The position numbers and the translations under genes were made by a program. Below are positions 8,229 through 17,379 of a DNA stretch of 32,000 nucleotides, one piece after another (positions within the stretch are counted from its first letter, which is position 1; each line of letters starts with the position of its first letter). The stretch comes from Cupriavidus necator (lineage in GTDB: Bacteria; Pseudomonadota; Gammaproteobacteria; Burkholderiales; Burkholderiaceae), in contig NZ_CP066018.1 in the NCBI RefSeq assembly GCF_016127575.1, positions 840,001 through 872,000 on the forward strand. Reading direction: 5' to 3'. Under the pieces are notes generated by a model. It was given only the letters and a program-made list of their open reading frames with translations, was not told the origin of the DNA and did no database searches.

Positions 8229-10827
8229 TTGCGGACTCCAGAATCTGAATCATGATGTTTTCAGCGCCCTGGCTTTGCTGGAACTTGGTCAGCCCATCGG
8301 GGCCGGTGAGGCCCTCGATCACGTTGCCGTCGGATTGCGTCAGCCGGAATTTCCAGTTCCTGGCGGGCGAGCCGTCGGGCAGATGCAAGTACACCTCCTG
8401 ATCGAAATCGCTCTGTGGTAGCGCCAGGGCGCTGGGGTTCATGCCATCCGGGCCATCGACACTGAAATCGGTCGCGTGAATCTGCCTTACCCCGCCCATG
8501 CCCTCGACGATCTGCGAGGGAGTCACGCGCATATAGGTCTGCCCGACCTTGAACAGAATGCCCTGGTCGGCCTCGAAAACGATGTCGCCAAGCGCGCGGA
8601 AATGAATGTTGCGTTTGGCGGTGCCCTTGATGTCGCCATCCTGCGCTTCGAGCGCAATGTGGTCCGTGGCGGCCACCAGCCGTATGCCGAGGCTGTGCGC
8701 GAACAGCGCAATCCGTCGCGCCGCGCTGGCAAAGATGCCGCCGCTGCTGACGATGGATGCATGCTTGCCAGTCGTGACAGCCAGATGCTCGCCGCTGTGC
8801 AATTGGGTGGATTTGGCGGTCGTCGCGGCCAATCCTGCTGCCGACGCAAGGACGAGATGAGGCGCGGTCAACTCGCCATTGACCTCGCCCGAACCGCGGA
8901 TTTCTTCATCTTGGGCCTTGAGCGCCTTGGCGACGTCCTGCTGTTCCTCATCCTGCGCGTGATGGTGCTGCGCGAGCTGGCCCATGGTGTCGTGGGCATG
9001 CTGGGCCTGCTGCAGCCGGTCAACCGTCTCGCCCATGTCCTTATGGTGCGCCCTGGCATCGGGTCGGGGCTCGGTGCTGATCAGCAGGCCATCGCCGCCG
9101 CGCACGGCACCGTGCCCATCGGTGCGCAATTCGAAGCCGTTGCCCCGATGATCCTGGCGACCCCGGTTGTCCTCGATGCGGCTCAGGTAGCCCAGGCTCA
9201 GTTGCGAGCGCTGGTAGTCCGAGGACAGCTGGGACTGGATTTGCCCCTTGGTATCGTCGAACACCAGATGACCGCTGCTGGAGCCGTCATGCTCACGGCT
9301 GCGAATGCCGGTCAGCGCATGCTGATGCGGTAGCTGCCACGGCGGCATGTTGAGGCTGTTCGGCACCGCGCCCATCACGATGGGCTTGTCCGGATCACCG
9401 CCGTCCAGGAACATCACCAGCACTTCGCTGCCGATGCGCGGGATGCTGACCTGGCCGTACTGCGAACCCGCCCATGGCGTCGCCACGCGTACCCAGCAGG
9501 ACATCCTGTTGAAGCGGTCCCACGGAAACTGCACGCGCACGCGCCCGAAGCGGTCGGGCCATACGATATGGCCTTCGGGGCCAACTACCGTCGCGCTTTG
9601 CGGGCCAGTGACCACTGGCCACGGGATGCTCAGTGCCGGACGGAAGACCTCATGGGTGGGGTGACACTCGAATTCCACCCGGCAGTGCCACCGCTGGCCT
9701 TCACCAGAGGCTTCGGCCACGTCTTCCAGCCTGAGGCTGGTGTTGAGCACCACGTATTCGCGGTTGGCGGCGTGCTGGGGGTGTCCCTTGACGTGCATGG
9801 TGCAGCCGGGCACCACGGCACGCAGGTTGCCGGCGCCAAAGCAGCGCAGGCCGCGCGAACGGATCTCCTCCATGCGGATGCGGGCGATCATGTCGCCTTC
9901 GTCCCACGGGCGGTTGTCCGTGGCGGGCTGGGCGTGCTCGCTGGGGAAGTCGTACACCTCCTGATGCAGCGCGCCAGTGTTCAGGCCCGTGTCCCGCGGG
10001 TCCGAACTGCTGGCGCTCAGGTTGCCGCGTGGCTGGGTGAAGCTGTAGGCATTGGTCGTGTACTTGCCTGCGACCACGGCATCGACAACCGAGAAGGCAT
10101 CGAGGTGTTCCTGATCGACCCGGGCGCCAGGCGGATGGATTTCCAGCGCCTGGTACGCCTCGCTCGGCATGCTGAAATAGCCACCGACGTGATCGACCAG
10201 AACCAGGCGGTGCTTGCCGTCAGAATGTTCGAAGAACCACGATATTCCCCAGTGCTGCATGAGGCGGGCGATGAAGGTGTAGTCGCTCTCGTCGCACTGG
10301 GTGCGGTAGACCCGCCTGGGGTATTTCGCCACGTCGAGCCTGCGCTCAACCGGAAAGGAGTACGCAGACAGGACCTCTTCGATGATCTCGATGTCGGTGC
10401 GGTTCTCGAAGACGCGGCTGTTCCGGTTCTGCGAGGCGATCCACAGCCAGGGGCGCAGCGTCAGTCCGTAGACGAAGTGCCGCCCTTCGGCGCGCAGGTA
10501 GCGGGCACGATCGACAATGCCGCTGATCTCGCGAGTGCCTGCGCCAATGCGTCCCGCCAACCCCGTACCCATGCCGTCGAGTTCGATATGCACGGTCAGC
10601 TCGCGCCCGCTCATCTCGCGCAAGTCGAAGTTGCCTTCCGGGCCGTGGAAGTTGTAGGCCTTGTCCGGCGTCTTCAGTTCGATGTCGTATTCGAACAGGC
10701 CGCAGACGCCTTCCTTGCCCTCCAGGCGCACGAAGGTGAAGGGGGATTGCCCGAGAATATCCGGCAATGCGGGGCCGGAGACCGTGACGGTGCGGGCGGG
10801 AAAAGGCAGGTTGTCGCGAATACCCAT
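8218..10827 (-). CDS. vgrG: T6SS spike protein VgrG with C-terminal extension
   Basis: 869 aa with an ATG start and AGGAGG 8 nt upstream. It has the canonical VgrG N-terminus (FTFVRLEGKEGVCGLFEYDIELKT), a gp27/gp5-like core, a DUF2345-like region and a ~61-aa C-terminal tail. Confidence 0.95.
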   Translation of the reverse strand: MGIRDNLPFPARTVTVSGPALPDILGQSPFTFVRLEGKEGVCGLFEYDIELKTPDKAYNFHGPEGNFDLREMSGRELTVHIELDGMGTGLAGRIGAGTREISGIVDRARYLRAEGRHFVYGLTLRPWLWIASQNRNSRVFENRTDIEIIEEVLSAYSFPVERRLDVAKYPRRVYRTQCDESDYTFIARLMQHWGISWFFEHSDGKHRLVLVDHVGGYFSMPSEAYQALEIHPPGARVDQEHLDAFSVVDAVVAGKYTTNAYSFTQPRGNLSASSSDPRDTGLNTGALHQEVYDFPSEHAQPATDNRPWDEGDMIARIRMEEIRSRGLRCFGAGNLRAVVPGCTMHVKGHPQHAANREYVVLNTSLRLEDVAEASGEGQRWHCRVEFECHPTHEVFRPALSIPWPVVTGPQSATVVGPEGHIVWPDRFGRVRVQFPWDRFNRMSCWVRVATPWAGSQYGQVSIPRIGSEVLVMFLDGGDPDKPIVMGAVPNSLNMPPWQLPHQHALTGIRSREHDGSSSGHLVFDDTKGQIQSQLSSDYQRSQLSLGYLSRIEDNRGRQDHRGNGFELRTDGHGAVRGGDGLLISTEPRPDARAHHKDMGETVDRLQQAQHAHDTMGQLAQHHHAQDEEQQDVAKALKAQDEEIRGSGEVNGELTAPHLVLASAAGLAATTAKSTQLHSGEHLAVTTGKHASIVSSGGIFASAARRIALFAHSLGIRLVAATDHIALEAQDGDIKGTAKRNIHFRALGDIVFEADQGILFKVGQTYMRVTPSQIVEGMGGVRQIHATDFSVDGPDGMNPSALALPQSDFDQEVYLHLPDGSPARNWKFRLTQSDGNVIEGLTGPDGLTKFQQSQGAENIMIQILESASGH

Positions 10828-11071
10828 GCGAGCGGCCTCCTGAGAGAGGATTACCGCATGGCACCCGTATTACGCGCGAAGCACCTTCTGCGGAGCGCAG
10901 GCGATGTTATCCGCAAAACGTGCGTTACACGTGTCAAAGATTGCAACGTTTATCGAAAAGCCAGCAAATTAGGACGATTCCTAGCCATCATGCAGCGCAT
11001 TCCGCTGCCGCCTGCAGACCTGTCTGCCTCGGCACGACACCCGACCGCATGGCGCCAAGGCAGACAGCCCG

Positions 11072-12163
11072 CTAAAAGACGTGCTTGACCCCCACCATCG
11101 CCCCGAACTGCGACCCACCCGCCCTGGGATTGGACCCCGCCGCCCCGGCACTGACTGACTGGGCAAGCTGCCCACCGTTATCGATGAATCCAGCCGTGGC
11201 ATAGACCGAAGTCCGCTTGGAAAAGGCATAGGCACCGCGCAGCGCATACAGCATGGCCTTGTTGGCGCTGTCATGGAACTTGAGGTAATAGACCTGCCCG
11301 GCCAGCGTGAAGGCCGGCGTGATGTCGTAGGCCATGCCGCCATACCAGAGCTCGCTGCGCGGCGTCGCGCTGCCTTCGTTGTCGCGGCGGATCACGCCCA
11401 CGCCCAGCTTGGCGCGCGACAGCAGTACATAGCCGCTCAGCGACAGGCGGTCGTCGGTCAGCGACTTGTTGCCAAGCCCGCCGAATGCGCCGGGCCCGCC
11501 GCGCAGCGAGTCATAGGCAGCGGTGACGCCCCAGCCCTTGTGCTCATACCGGATCAGCGCCGACCATTCCCGGCAGGCAGACTTGCTGGCAGGGTTCTCG
11601 CCCGCGCAATTGGTGCCGGCCGGGCTGGGGCCGGCGTTGATCGCATCGCGCCCGAAGCTGTAGGTGGCACCGACGGTCAGCCCGCCGAAGGTGCCCTTGT
11701 AAGCCACCGCATTGTCGGCACGCGTATTCGGCAGGTAGCTGTCGAGCGACGCCGCGCCGTACACGTTGGGGCCGAGGATGTCCGAGTCCAGGTTGGCCCA
11801 GAACAGCATGGTGTACTGCCGCCCCAGCGACAGCTGGCCCCACTTGCCACTCAGCCCCACCAGCGCCTGCCGCCCGAACAGCCGTCCGCCCTGGTTGGCA
11901 CCGCCGGTATCGGGGGCGAAGCCGGACTCCAGCACGAACACGCTCTTGAGCCCGCCGCCCAGGTCCTCGGTGCCGCGCAGGCCCCAGCGCGACGGCACGG
12001 TGCCGGTGAGGGTCGGCATGCGCACCAGGCTGTCGCCGCCCGCGCCGACCTTGTTCACGTATTCCACGCCGGTATCGATCACGCCGTACATCGTCACGGA
12101 CTGCGCCGCGGCCAGCGTCGGGCTAAGCGCAAGCAGCGCGGCCCCCATGGTTCCGATCTTCAT
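11072..12163 (-). CDS. Outer-membrane porin (Gram-negative Porin_4 type)
   Basis: I trimmed the start to MKIGTMGAALLALSPTLAAAQS (ATG 12163, GGAGGAG upstream). It has a signal peptide, then VTMYGVIDTGVEY, and a C-terminal ...VGVKHVF. The track ORF extends to 12280. Confidence 0.9.
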   Translation of the reverse strand: MKIGTMGAALLALSPTLAAAQSVTMYGVIDTGVEYVNKVGAGGDSLVRMPTLTGTVPSRWGLRGTEDLGGGLKSVFVLESGFAPDTGGANQGGRLFGRQALVGLSGKWGQLSLGRQYTMLFWANLDSDILGPNVYGAASLDSYLPNTRADNAVAYKGTFGGLTVGATYSFGRDAINAGPSPAGTNCAGENPASKSACREWSALIRYEHKGWGVTAAYDSLRGGPGAFGGLGNKSLTDDRLSLSGYVLLSRAKLGVGVIRRDNEGSATPRSELWYGGMAYDITPAFTLAGQVYYLKFHDSANKAMLYALRGAYAFSKRTSVYATAGFIDNGGQLAQSVSAGAAGSNPRAGGSQFGAMVGVKHVF

Positions 12164-12218
12164 TTGCTGTCTCCTCCGTGGGTCTTTCTTGTCGTTGTGG
12201 TGGTACGCGGCCGCCGCC

Positions 12219-12611
12219 CTATGCAGCCGTGGTGTTGTAGCGCTGATGGATGTTGTTGAGGCTCCGGTAGGCACCGGCAAACTCCCGCAGCTCCAGCGAC
12301 AAGGCCAGGTAGCGGCGCCGGTATGGCTCGGCGAAATGCGCGGTCAAGGTATCGAACAAGGCGCTGACGGTACGGTCGAGCACGTCCTGCGAGCGCCCCC
12401 GCGCGACGGCCAGCGTCACGTGCACGAAGGCATCGTCGCTGCTGCCGTCGGCCATGCGGTAGGACTCCAGGCATAGCGCGCGCGCACGGATGCCGCCCAC
12501 CGGAAACGCGCCGTCCTGCGCGATCAGGACCGCGCTCAGTCCGGCCAGCAAGGCATCGATGCGCACGACCGGCGCGAGGTTGTGGGTGTATTCGACGATC
12601 AGGTGCGGCAT
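12219..12611 (-). CDS. 5-carboxymethyl-2-hydroxymuconate isomerase-like tautomerase (CHMI/HpcD family)
   Basis: 130 aa starting MPHLIVEYT (the catalytic Pro1 signature of the tautomerase superfamily). AGGAGG lies upstream. It is collinear with my recollection of E. coli HpcD. Confidence 0.85.
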   Translation of the reverse strand: MPHLIVEYTHNLAPVVRIDALLAGLSAVLIAQDGAFPVGGIRARALCLESYRMADGSSDDAFVHVTLAVARGRSQDVLDRTVSALFDTLTAHFAEPYRRRYLALSLELREFAGAYRSLNNIHQRYNTTAA

Positions 12612-12647
12612 GGCGTATTCCCTCCTGTGCGCTTGCGGCGCCGATGG

Positions 12648-14357
12648 CTAGCGCGCCTTGCGCGCGGCAAAGCCGCCGTCGGCATGGACCACCTTGCCGT
12701 CGACCATCGTCAGCACCGAACGGATGCGGTGGATGTCTTCAACGGGGACGGTCAGGTAGGGCTTGTCGAGCACCGCCAGGTCGGCCAGCTTGCCGGCCTC
12801 CAGCGTGCCGCGCGAAGCCTCGTCGAATGAAATCCACGCGGCATTGGCGGTGTACAGCCGCAGCGCCTCCAGCCGCGACAGCCGGAAGTCCTCCTTGCGC
12901 CTGACTTCCTTGCCGATCGAATAGCCGCCGACGTGGAACTCCAGCGCGCGCCAGACGCCGGGGATGCCGATGCGCGTGGCATCCGTGCCGCCCGCCACCT
13001 TCAGCCCGTGCTGCAGGGCCAGGCGCACGGGCGGCGCGGCCTCGGCCACATGGTGGTCGTTGGCGTGGCCGATGGCGCCGGCCTCGAAGTACGGCCCCAT
13101 CTGCACCGTGTAGGAAAGCCCAAGCGCCTTCATGCGCCGGAACGTCTCCGGCTTGCCGGTATTCAGGTGGGCCATGGCCCAGCGCAGCTTGCCCAGGTCA
13201 TGGCACTTGCCCACTTCCTCGAAGACATCGAGGATCGCGCTGGCGGCATCGTCGGTATAGGCATGGATCTCGACCGGATAGCCGCGGCTGGCGGCGAACG
13301 TTGCCACCTTGAGCAGTTCCTCGCGGTCCTTCGCCGACGGCTGGAAGCCAGGTCCCATCTTCACGCCGTCGTCCATGCCGAACACCAGCATCTCGCCCGG
13401 GCCGAGGAAGCGCAGCTTGCCGTCGCCCAGGCGCGGCGGCAGGTAGGCCAGCGTATTGCGGAACCATTCGGCCTCGTTGCCAGCGACCATGGTCGGGATG
13501 CGGTAGCCGACCCGCAGCGACAGGCTGTCCTCGCGCCACAACGCGTACAGCGGATCGTAGGCCGGGCCCGGTCCCGCGGTAGGGTCGATCAGCGCGGTGA
13601 CGCCGAGGCTGTTAAGGCGGCTGAAAAAGGATTGCAGGCTAGCCCTGGCGTCGACCTGGCTCTGCGCCAGGATGCGGCCGAACAGCGCCGACAGCGGCCG
13701 GATCGCGCCGAAGATCCGGCCGGTGGGGCGCCCTTCGCTGTCGCGCTCCACGCGGATGCCCGGCGGCAGCGCATCCGGCTGGTCGAGCTTGAGCGCTTCG
13801 ATCGCCCTGGCGTTGACCAGTGCATAGTCGTACAGGTACTGCACATAGGCCGGATTGTCAGGCAGCAGCGCGGTCAGCTCGGCAGGGGTCGGCGCGCGCT
13901 TCTCGGTGAACTGGTCGGGGTGCCAGGAACCTGTCACGGCCACCCATTTGCCGGGGCCACGCGACAGCGCGGTCTTTCGCAGCAGCCCCAGCCCCGCGGC
14001 CAGGCTGGTGGTCTCGCCTTCATACCAGTAGGTCTCGAAGGCATAGCTCTGGCCGCCGCGAATGGCGTGGATATGGGTGTCGATCAGGCCGGGGATGACC
14101 GTGCGCCCGCCCAGGTCGATCACCTCCGTGCGCGGGCCGGCCAGGCGCCGGATGTCCCGGCTGGTCCCCACCGCGGCAATGCGGTCGCCGCGGATGGCCA
14201 GGGCCTGCGCCACTGTGTCCGTGGCGTTCATGGTGAGTACCGTGCCATTGACCAGGATCCGGTCGGCATACGCGCCGGCTTGCGCCTGCGCTCCCGAAGC
14301 CGCCACCAGGCAGCCGACGGCCATGGCATGCGCCAGGGCCCGTGCAATGCAACGCAT
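12648..14357 (-). CDS. Secreted/periplasmic metal-dependent amidohydrolase (Amidohydro_3-like)
   Basis: 569 aa. It has an N-terminal signal peptide (MRCIARALAHAMAVGCLVAASGAQAQA) and the metal-binding motif GLIDTHIHAIRGG. Confidence 0.85.
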   Translation of the reverse strand: MRCIARALAHAMAVGCLVAASGAQAQAGAYADRILVNGTVLTMNATDTVAQALAIRGDRIAAVGTSRDIRRLAGPRTEVIDLGGRTVIPGLIDTHIHAIRGGQSYAFETYWYEGETTSLAAGLGLLRKTALSRGPGKWVAVTGSWHPDQFTEKRAPTPAELTALLPDNPAYVQYLYDYALVNARAIEALKLDQPDALPPGIRVERDSEGRPTGRIFGAIRPLSALFGRILAQSQVDARASLQSFFSRLNSLGVTALIDPTAGPGPAYDPLYALWREDSLSLRVGYRIPTMVAGNEAEWFRNTLAYLPPRLGDGKLRFLGPGEMLVFGMDDGVKMGPGFQPSAKDREELLKVATFAASRGYPVEIHAYTDDAASAILDVFEEVGKCHDLGKLRWAMAHLNTGKPETFRRMKALGLSYTVQMGPYFEAGAIGHANDHHVAEAAPPVRLALQHGLKVAGGTDATRIGIPGVWRALEFHVGGYSIGKEVRRKEDFRLSRLEALRLYTANAAWISFDEASRGTLEAGKLADLAVLDKPYLTVPVEDIHRIRSVLTMVDGKVVHADGGFAARKAR

Positions 14358-14416
14358 ATCGATGTTCCCTTCGTGCAGGAGAGGTGGCGCCCGGCCCCCC
14401 GGGCGCCGTGGCGGCG

Positions 14417-15397
14417 TTACTGGCCCGGCTGTGCGCCCGAGCGCTTGACGATGGGCTCGAGCTTGGCGATGTCGGCGGCGATCAGCTTGTCGAAGGCAGC
14501 CGGCGTCGAGGGCTTGGCCTCGGCGCCTTGCGCAATGAGCTTCTCCTTGGTCGCCGGCGCGCTGAGCGCTTGCTGCATCGCCGTGTTCAGGCGGGCGACG
14601 ACATCCTTGGGCGTGCCTGCGGGCGCCAGCACGCCGAACCAGGCATCGAAGACATAGCCCGGCACGCCCGCTTCGGCGATGGTGGGCACGTCCGGCAGCG
14701 ACGGCACCCGCGCCGCCGTGGCCACGCCCAGGATGCGCAGCTTGCCGTCCTTGACGAACTGCAGCGCAGTGATGGACGGCGCGAAGAACATGTCGACGCG
14801 CCCGCTCATCACATCGGTGATCGCCGCCGGCGCGCCCTTGTACGGGATATGCCGGGTCTGCACGCCCGCGGTCACGTTGAACAGCTCGCCGCTCAGGTGC
14901 GAAGAGCTGCCACTGCCCGCCGAGCTGTAGGTGACGGAATCGGGCCTGGCGCGCGCAGCCGCCAGCAGGTCCTTGAGCGTGCGGTAGGGGCTGGAGGCGC
15001 TGACCACCAGCAGGTAGGGCATGGTCGCCACCGTGGAGATGCCCTTCAGGTCGCGGGTGGTGTCGTACGGCAGCTTGGGATAGAGCGTGGGATTGACCGC
15101 ATGCCCGGCGGAGGTCAGCAGCAGCGTGTAGCCGTCCGCGGGCGCCTTGGCCACCACCGCGGTGCCGATGGTCCCACCCGCGCCGGGGCGGTTGTCCACC
15201 ACGATCTGCATGTTCGAGCTGGTGCCGATCTCGGCGCTGACGATGCGTGCGAGCAGGTCGGTGGCGCTGCCGGCAGCAAACGGCACGATCATGCGGATCG
15301 GCTTGTCGGGATACGCTTCGGCTTGCGCCGCGCCGTGCAGCAGCGGCAGGCAGAGCGCCGTCGCAAGCGCCGCGCGCAGGATGTTCTGGAATTTCAT
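14417..15397 (-). CDS. Bug-family (TctC-like) tripartite tricarboxylate transporter substrate-binding protein
   Basis: I trimmed the start to MKFQNILRAALATALCLPLLHGAAQAEAYPDKPIRMIVPFAAGSATD (ATG 15397, GGAG upstream), which is the typical Bug N-terminus. No tctA or tctB gene is nearby. Confidence 0.9.
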   Translation of the reverse strand: MKFQNILRAALATALCLPLLHGAAQAEAYPDKPIRMIVPFAAGSATDLLARIVSAEIGTSSNMQIVVDNRPGAGGTIGTAVVAKAPADGYTLLLTSAGHAVNPTLYPKLPYDTTRDLKGISTVATMPYLLVVSASSPYRTLKDLLAAARARPDSVTYSSAGSGSSSHLSGELFNVTAGVQTRHIPYKGAPAAITDVMSGRVDMFFAPSITALQFVKDGKLRILGVATAARVPSLPDVPTIAEAGVPGYVFDAWFGVLAPAGTPKDVVARLNTAMQQALSAPATKEKLIAQGAEAKPSTPAAFDKLIAADIAKLEPIVKRSGAQPGQ

Positions 15398-15443
15398 TGG
15401 GGTACTCCTGGAATCGTGGGGGATGGCCTGACGTGCGCCGTGC

Positions 15444-16538
15444 TCAGAAGACGTGGCGCATGCCCAGCGCAACGGTCTGCGGATCGGCGCCGGCGGAAAT
15501 GCCCAGCTCATTGATCGCAAAGTCGTAGGTGGCATTCTTCTTGTTGAAGATGCGGCTGTAGAAGCCAAACACCGAGGTGCGCTTGGACAGCGGGTACTCA
15601 TAGCCCAGGGTGGCCTGGACCGCGCCGGTATCCGCTCCGCTGCGGAAGAAGCCGACAGTCTCGGTGGCGTTGCCACGGCCGTTGCCGGCCACGCCGACGC
15701 CGGCGCGCAGGCTGCCCGTCCATAGCTTCTGCACCACAGACGCGTAGTAGGCATCGCGCTTCAGGTCGCCGGTGGCGGTGCGGTAGTGCAGCCGCTCATA
15801 GATGGCCGAGACCTTGGTGGTCGGGAACTGGTACGACAGCCCGATCTTCATACCTTCGTCGTCGCGTCCCGCGGTCTGGTAGTTGTTGTGGCGCTCATAG
15901 GCCAACACGACATTGAGCGGGCCGTTGTCATAGGCCCCCGCGAACGACCACAGGCTCGGGTTGCGCGGCACCGTAATGCGCTCTTCGTTGATACCCCAGG
16001 TCACGCCGCCGCTGAAGCCGTTCCACTTCGGGCTGCGGTAATGGACACTGTTCTTCTGGCGGCGATCGAAGGAGCTGGTGTCCTGGACATTGTCGGAGGT
16101 CGGGGTCGAGCCATTGCCGATCAGCGCCATGTAGCCAGCCGTGGTCGGATAGAACGGATCGTAGGACGAGGTGGCTTCCAGGTAGGGCGTGGTCCAGTTG
16201 CCCATGAAAAAGCTGCCAGCTGAGCCGGCCAATCCAATGCGGGTGTTGCGGCTGGCCAGTTGTCCGCTGCCCGTATCCAATGAGATATTGCTCTCGATCT
16301 GCCAGATCGCCTTGAGGCTGCCATACAGCGATTCCTCGCCGCGCATGCCGAAGACCGAGCGGTTGTTGGTCAGCCGGCCGGTGCCGCCCAGCTTGGTGCC
16401 GTCGGAAGCCGTCGACGCATCGGAATACTCCATCGATGTATTCAGCCGGCCATAGAGCGTGACATTGCTCTGTGCGAAGGCGCCGGTGCAGCAGGCCGCA
16501 AGCGCCGCAAAGGCGGCACCCGCAAGGGGGTTCTTCAT
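15444..16538 (-). CDS. Outer-membrane porin (Gram-negative Porin_4 type)
   Basis: I trimmed the start to MKNPLAGAAFAALAACCTGAFAQS (ATG 16538). NVTLYGRL follows the signal peptide, and the C-terminus is ...LGMRHVF. Confidence 0.9.
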   Translation of the reverse strand: MKNPLAGAAFAALAACCTGAFAQSNVTLYGRLNTSMEYSDASTASDGTKLGGTGRLTNNRSVFGMRGEESLYGSLKAIWQIESNISLDTGSGQLASRNTRIGLAGSAGSFFMGNWTTPYLEATSSYDPFYPTTAGYMALIGNGSTPTSDNVQDTSSFDRRQKNSVHYRSPKWNGFSGGVTWGINEERITVPRNPSLWSFAGAYDNGPLNVVLAYERHNNYQTAGRDDEGMKIGLSYQFPTTKVSAIYERLHYRTATGDLKRDAYYASVVQKLWTGSLRAGVGVAGNGRGNATETVGFFRSGADTGAVQATLGYEYPLSKRTSVFGFYSRIFNKKNATYDFAINELGISAGADPQTVALGMRHVF

Positions 16539-17020
16539 ATTGTCTCCAGTGTCTTGCGCCTGTCCGAACCGATACGGGGATGCCTGCCCCGCCCTGTGCA
16601 CGAAACCGCGGGCAACAACGACCCCTGCCCCATTTACGGCATCAGCATCTGGTGGATTCTTGGTGGCGCTCTTTTAGTGCGGCGGATTTACGCGACCATT
16701 CAGCGTGAGGTGATTCTAGAAATGGCGAATCACAGCGTCCATTCGCATTTTCTTTTCGTCACCATACCGATTTGTTATTGGAATACCGGGCCCGCGCCAC
16801 GCCTTGCCAGTGCCGCAAAAGCCGACGCTGTCGGGCTTGAGCATAGGTACTTGGGGACGTGCCTGGTAGCCGGTGTGGCTGTACCACTGCGTTCCAGGCA
16901 TAGGACGCTGGACGCCGGAAGCCGTGCGCTATGCCGCGCACTCCCGGGCGCGGCCGCAGGCAGCCATGACCGCTCGTCGCGCTCAATAGCTTGTGGATGT
17001 GTCGCATGGCACCCGCCGCA

Positions 17021-17379
17021 TCAGAACGTATAGCCGAGCGCCAGGTAGAGAAAGCGCGTGTTGTGTCCGCCAACGGCTTTCAGCGTGCGGCTCTCATCCA
17101 CATACACGGCGCCGCCATTGACCAGCACATGCCGGCTCGCCTGCCATGCAACATCCACAGAGAGCTGGCTGCTGCTGTACTGGCCGGAGCGGCCCGCGGT
17201 GCCGGGAACCGGGATGCCCGCCGAGGTGTAGACCGCGTCGTGCGTGGTTGCCCGCCAGATGAAGTCACAGGCGAAGGTCAGCTTGATGCCGGCCGCGGGA
17301 ACCAGCGTCAGCGACGGCTGGATATCCAGCACGTTGGAGGCGCCGATCAGGCCGGCTTGATTGAAGTAGGCCTCTTGCG
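17021..17379 (-). pseudogene. C-terminal fragment of an outer-membrane beta-barrel protein (alginate-export-like), 5'-truncated
   Basis: The frame is open upstream of the GTG used by the track (..QEAYFNQAGLIGASNVLDIQPS..) and ends in ...FLYLALGYTF. Only ~115 aa remain, and the homology runs into the 3' end of the ycaC-like gene, where G+C drops sharply. Confidence 0.5.

Noticed and set aside
6681-8255. Long antisense or alternative-frame ORFs inside real genes. Examples are 6681..8255 +, 8476..9333 +, 9568..11088 +, 12933..14657 +, 14342..15514 +, 23989..25326 -, 26891..28774 - and 1175..2008 -.
   Set aside because: They have Arg/Ala/Gly/Pro-rich low-complexity translations typical of shadow ORFs in high-GC DNA. 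Each overlaps a gene with clear family motifs on the other strand or in another frame.
11021-11066. The 9-bp inverted repeat TGTCTGCCT...AGGCAGACA just downstream of the porin stop (11072). It could be a terminator.
   Set aside because: The loop is 28 nt, no U-tract follows on the minus strand, and competing local pairings exist (GCAGAC/GTCTGC). I did not call it as a terminator.
4631-11071. I looked for mobility signatures of the T6SS island: direct repeats at the borders, an integrase or transposase, and a tRNA.
   Set aside because: I found none by eye. Island status therefore rests only on gene content and needs comparative genomics.
16710-16733. GTGATTC-N10-GAATCAC dyad, with an overlapping imperfect AATGGCGAAT/ATTCGCATT dyad, in the AT-richer patch ~170-200 bp upstream of the porin operon.
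   Set aside because: A single 7-bp dyad is expected by chance many times in 32 kb once all spacings are allowed. There is no cognate regulator gene adjacent and no second copy. It is worth a look only if a regulator is identified.
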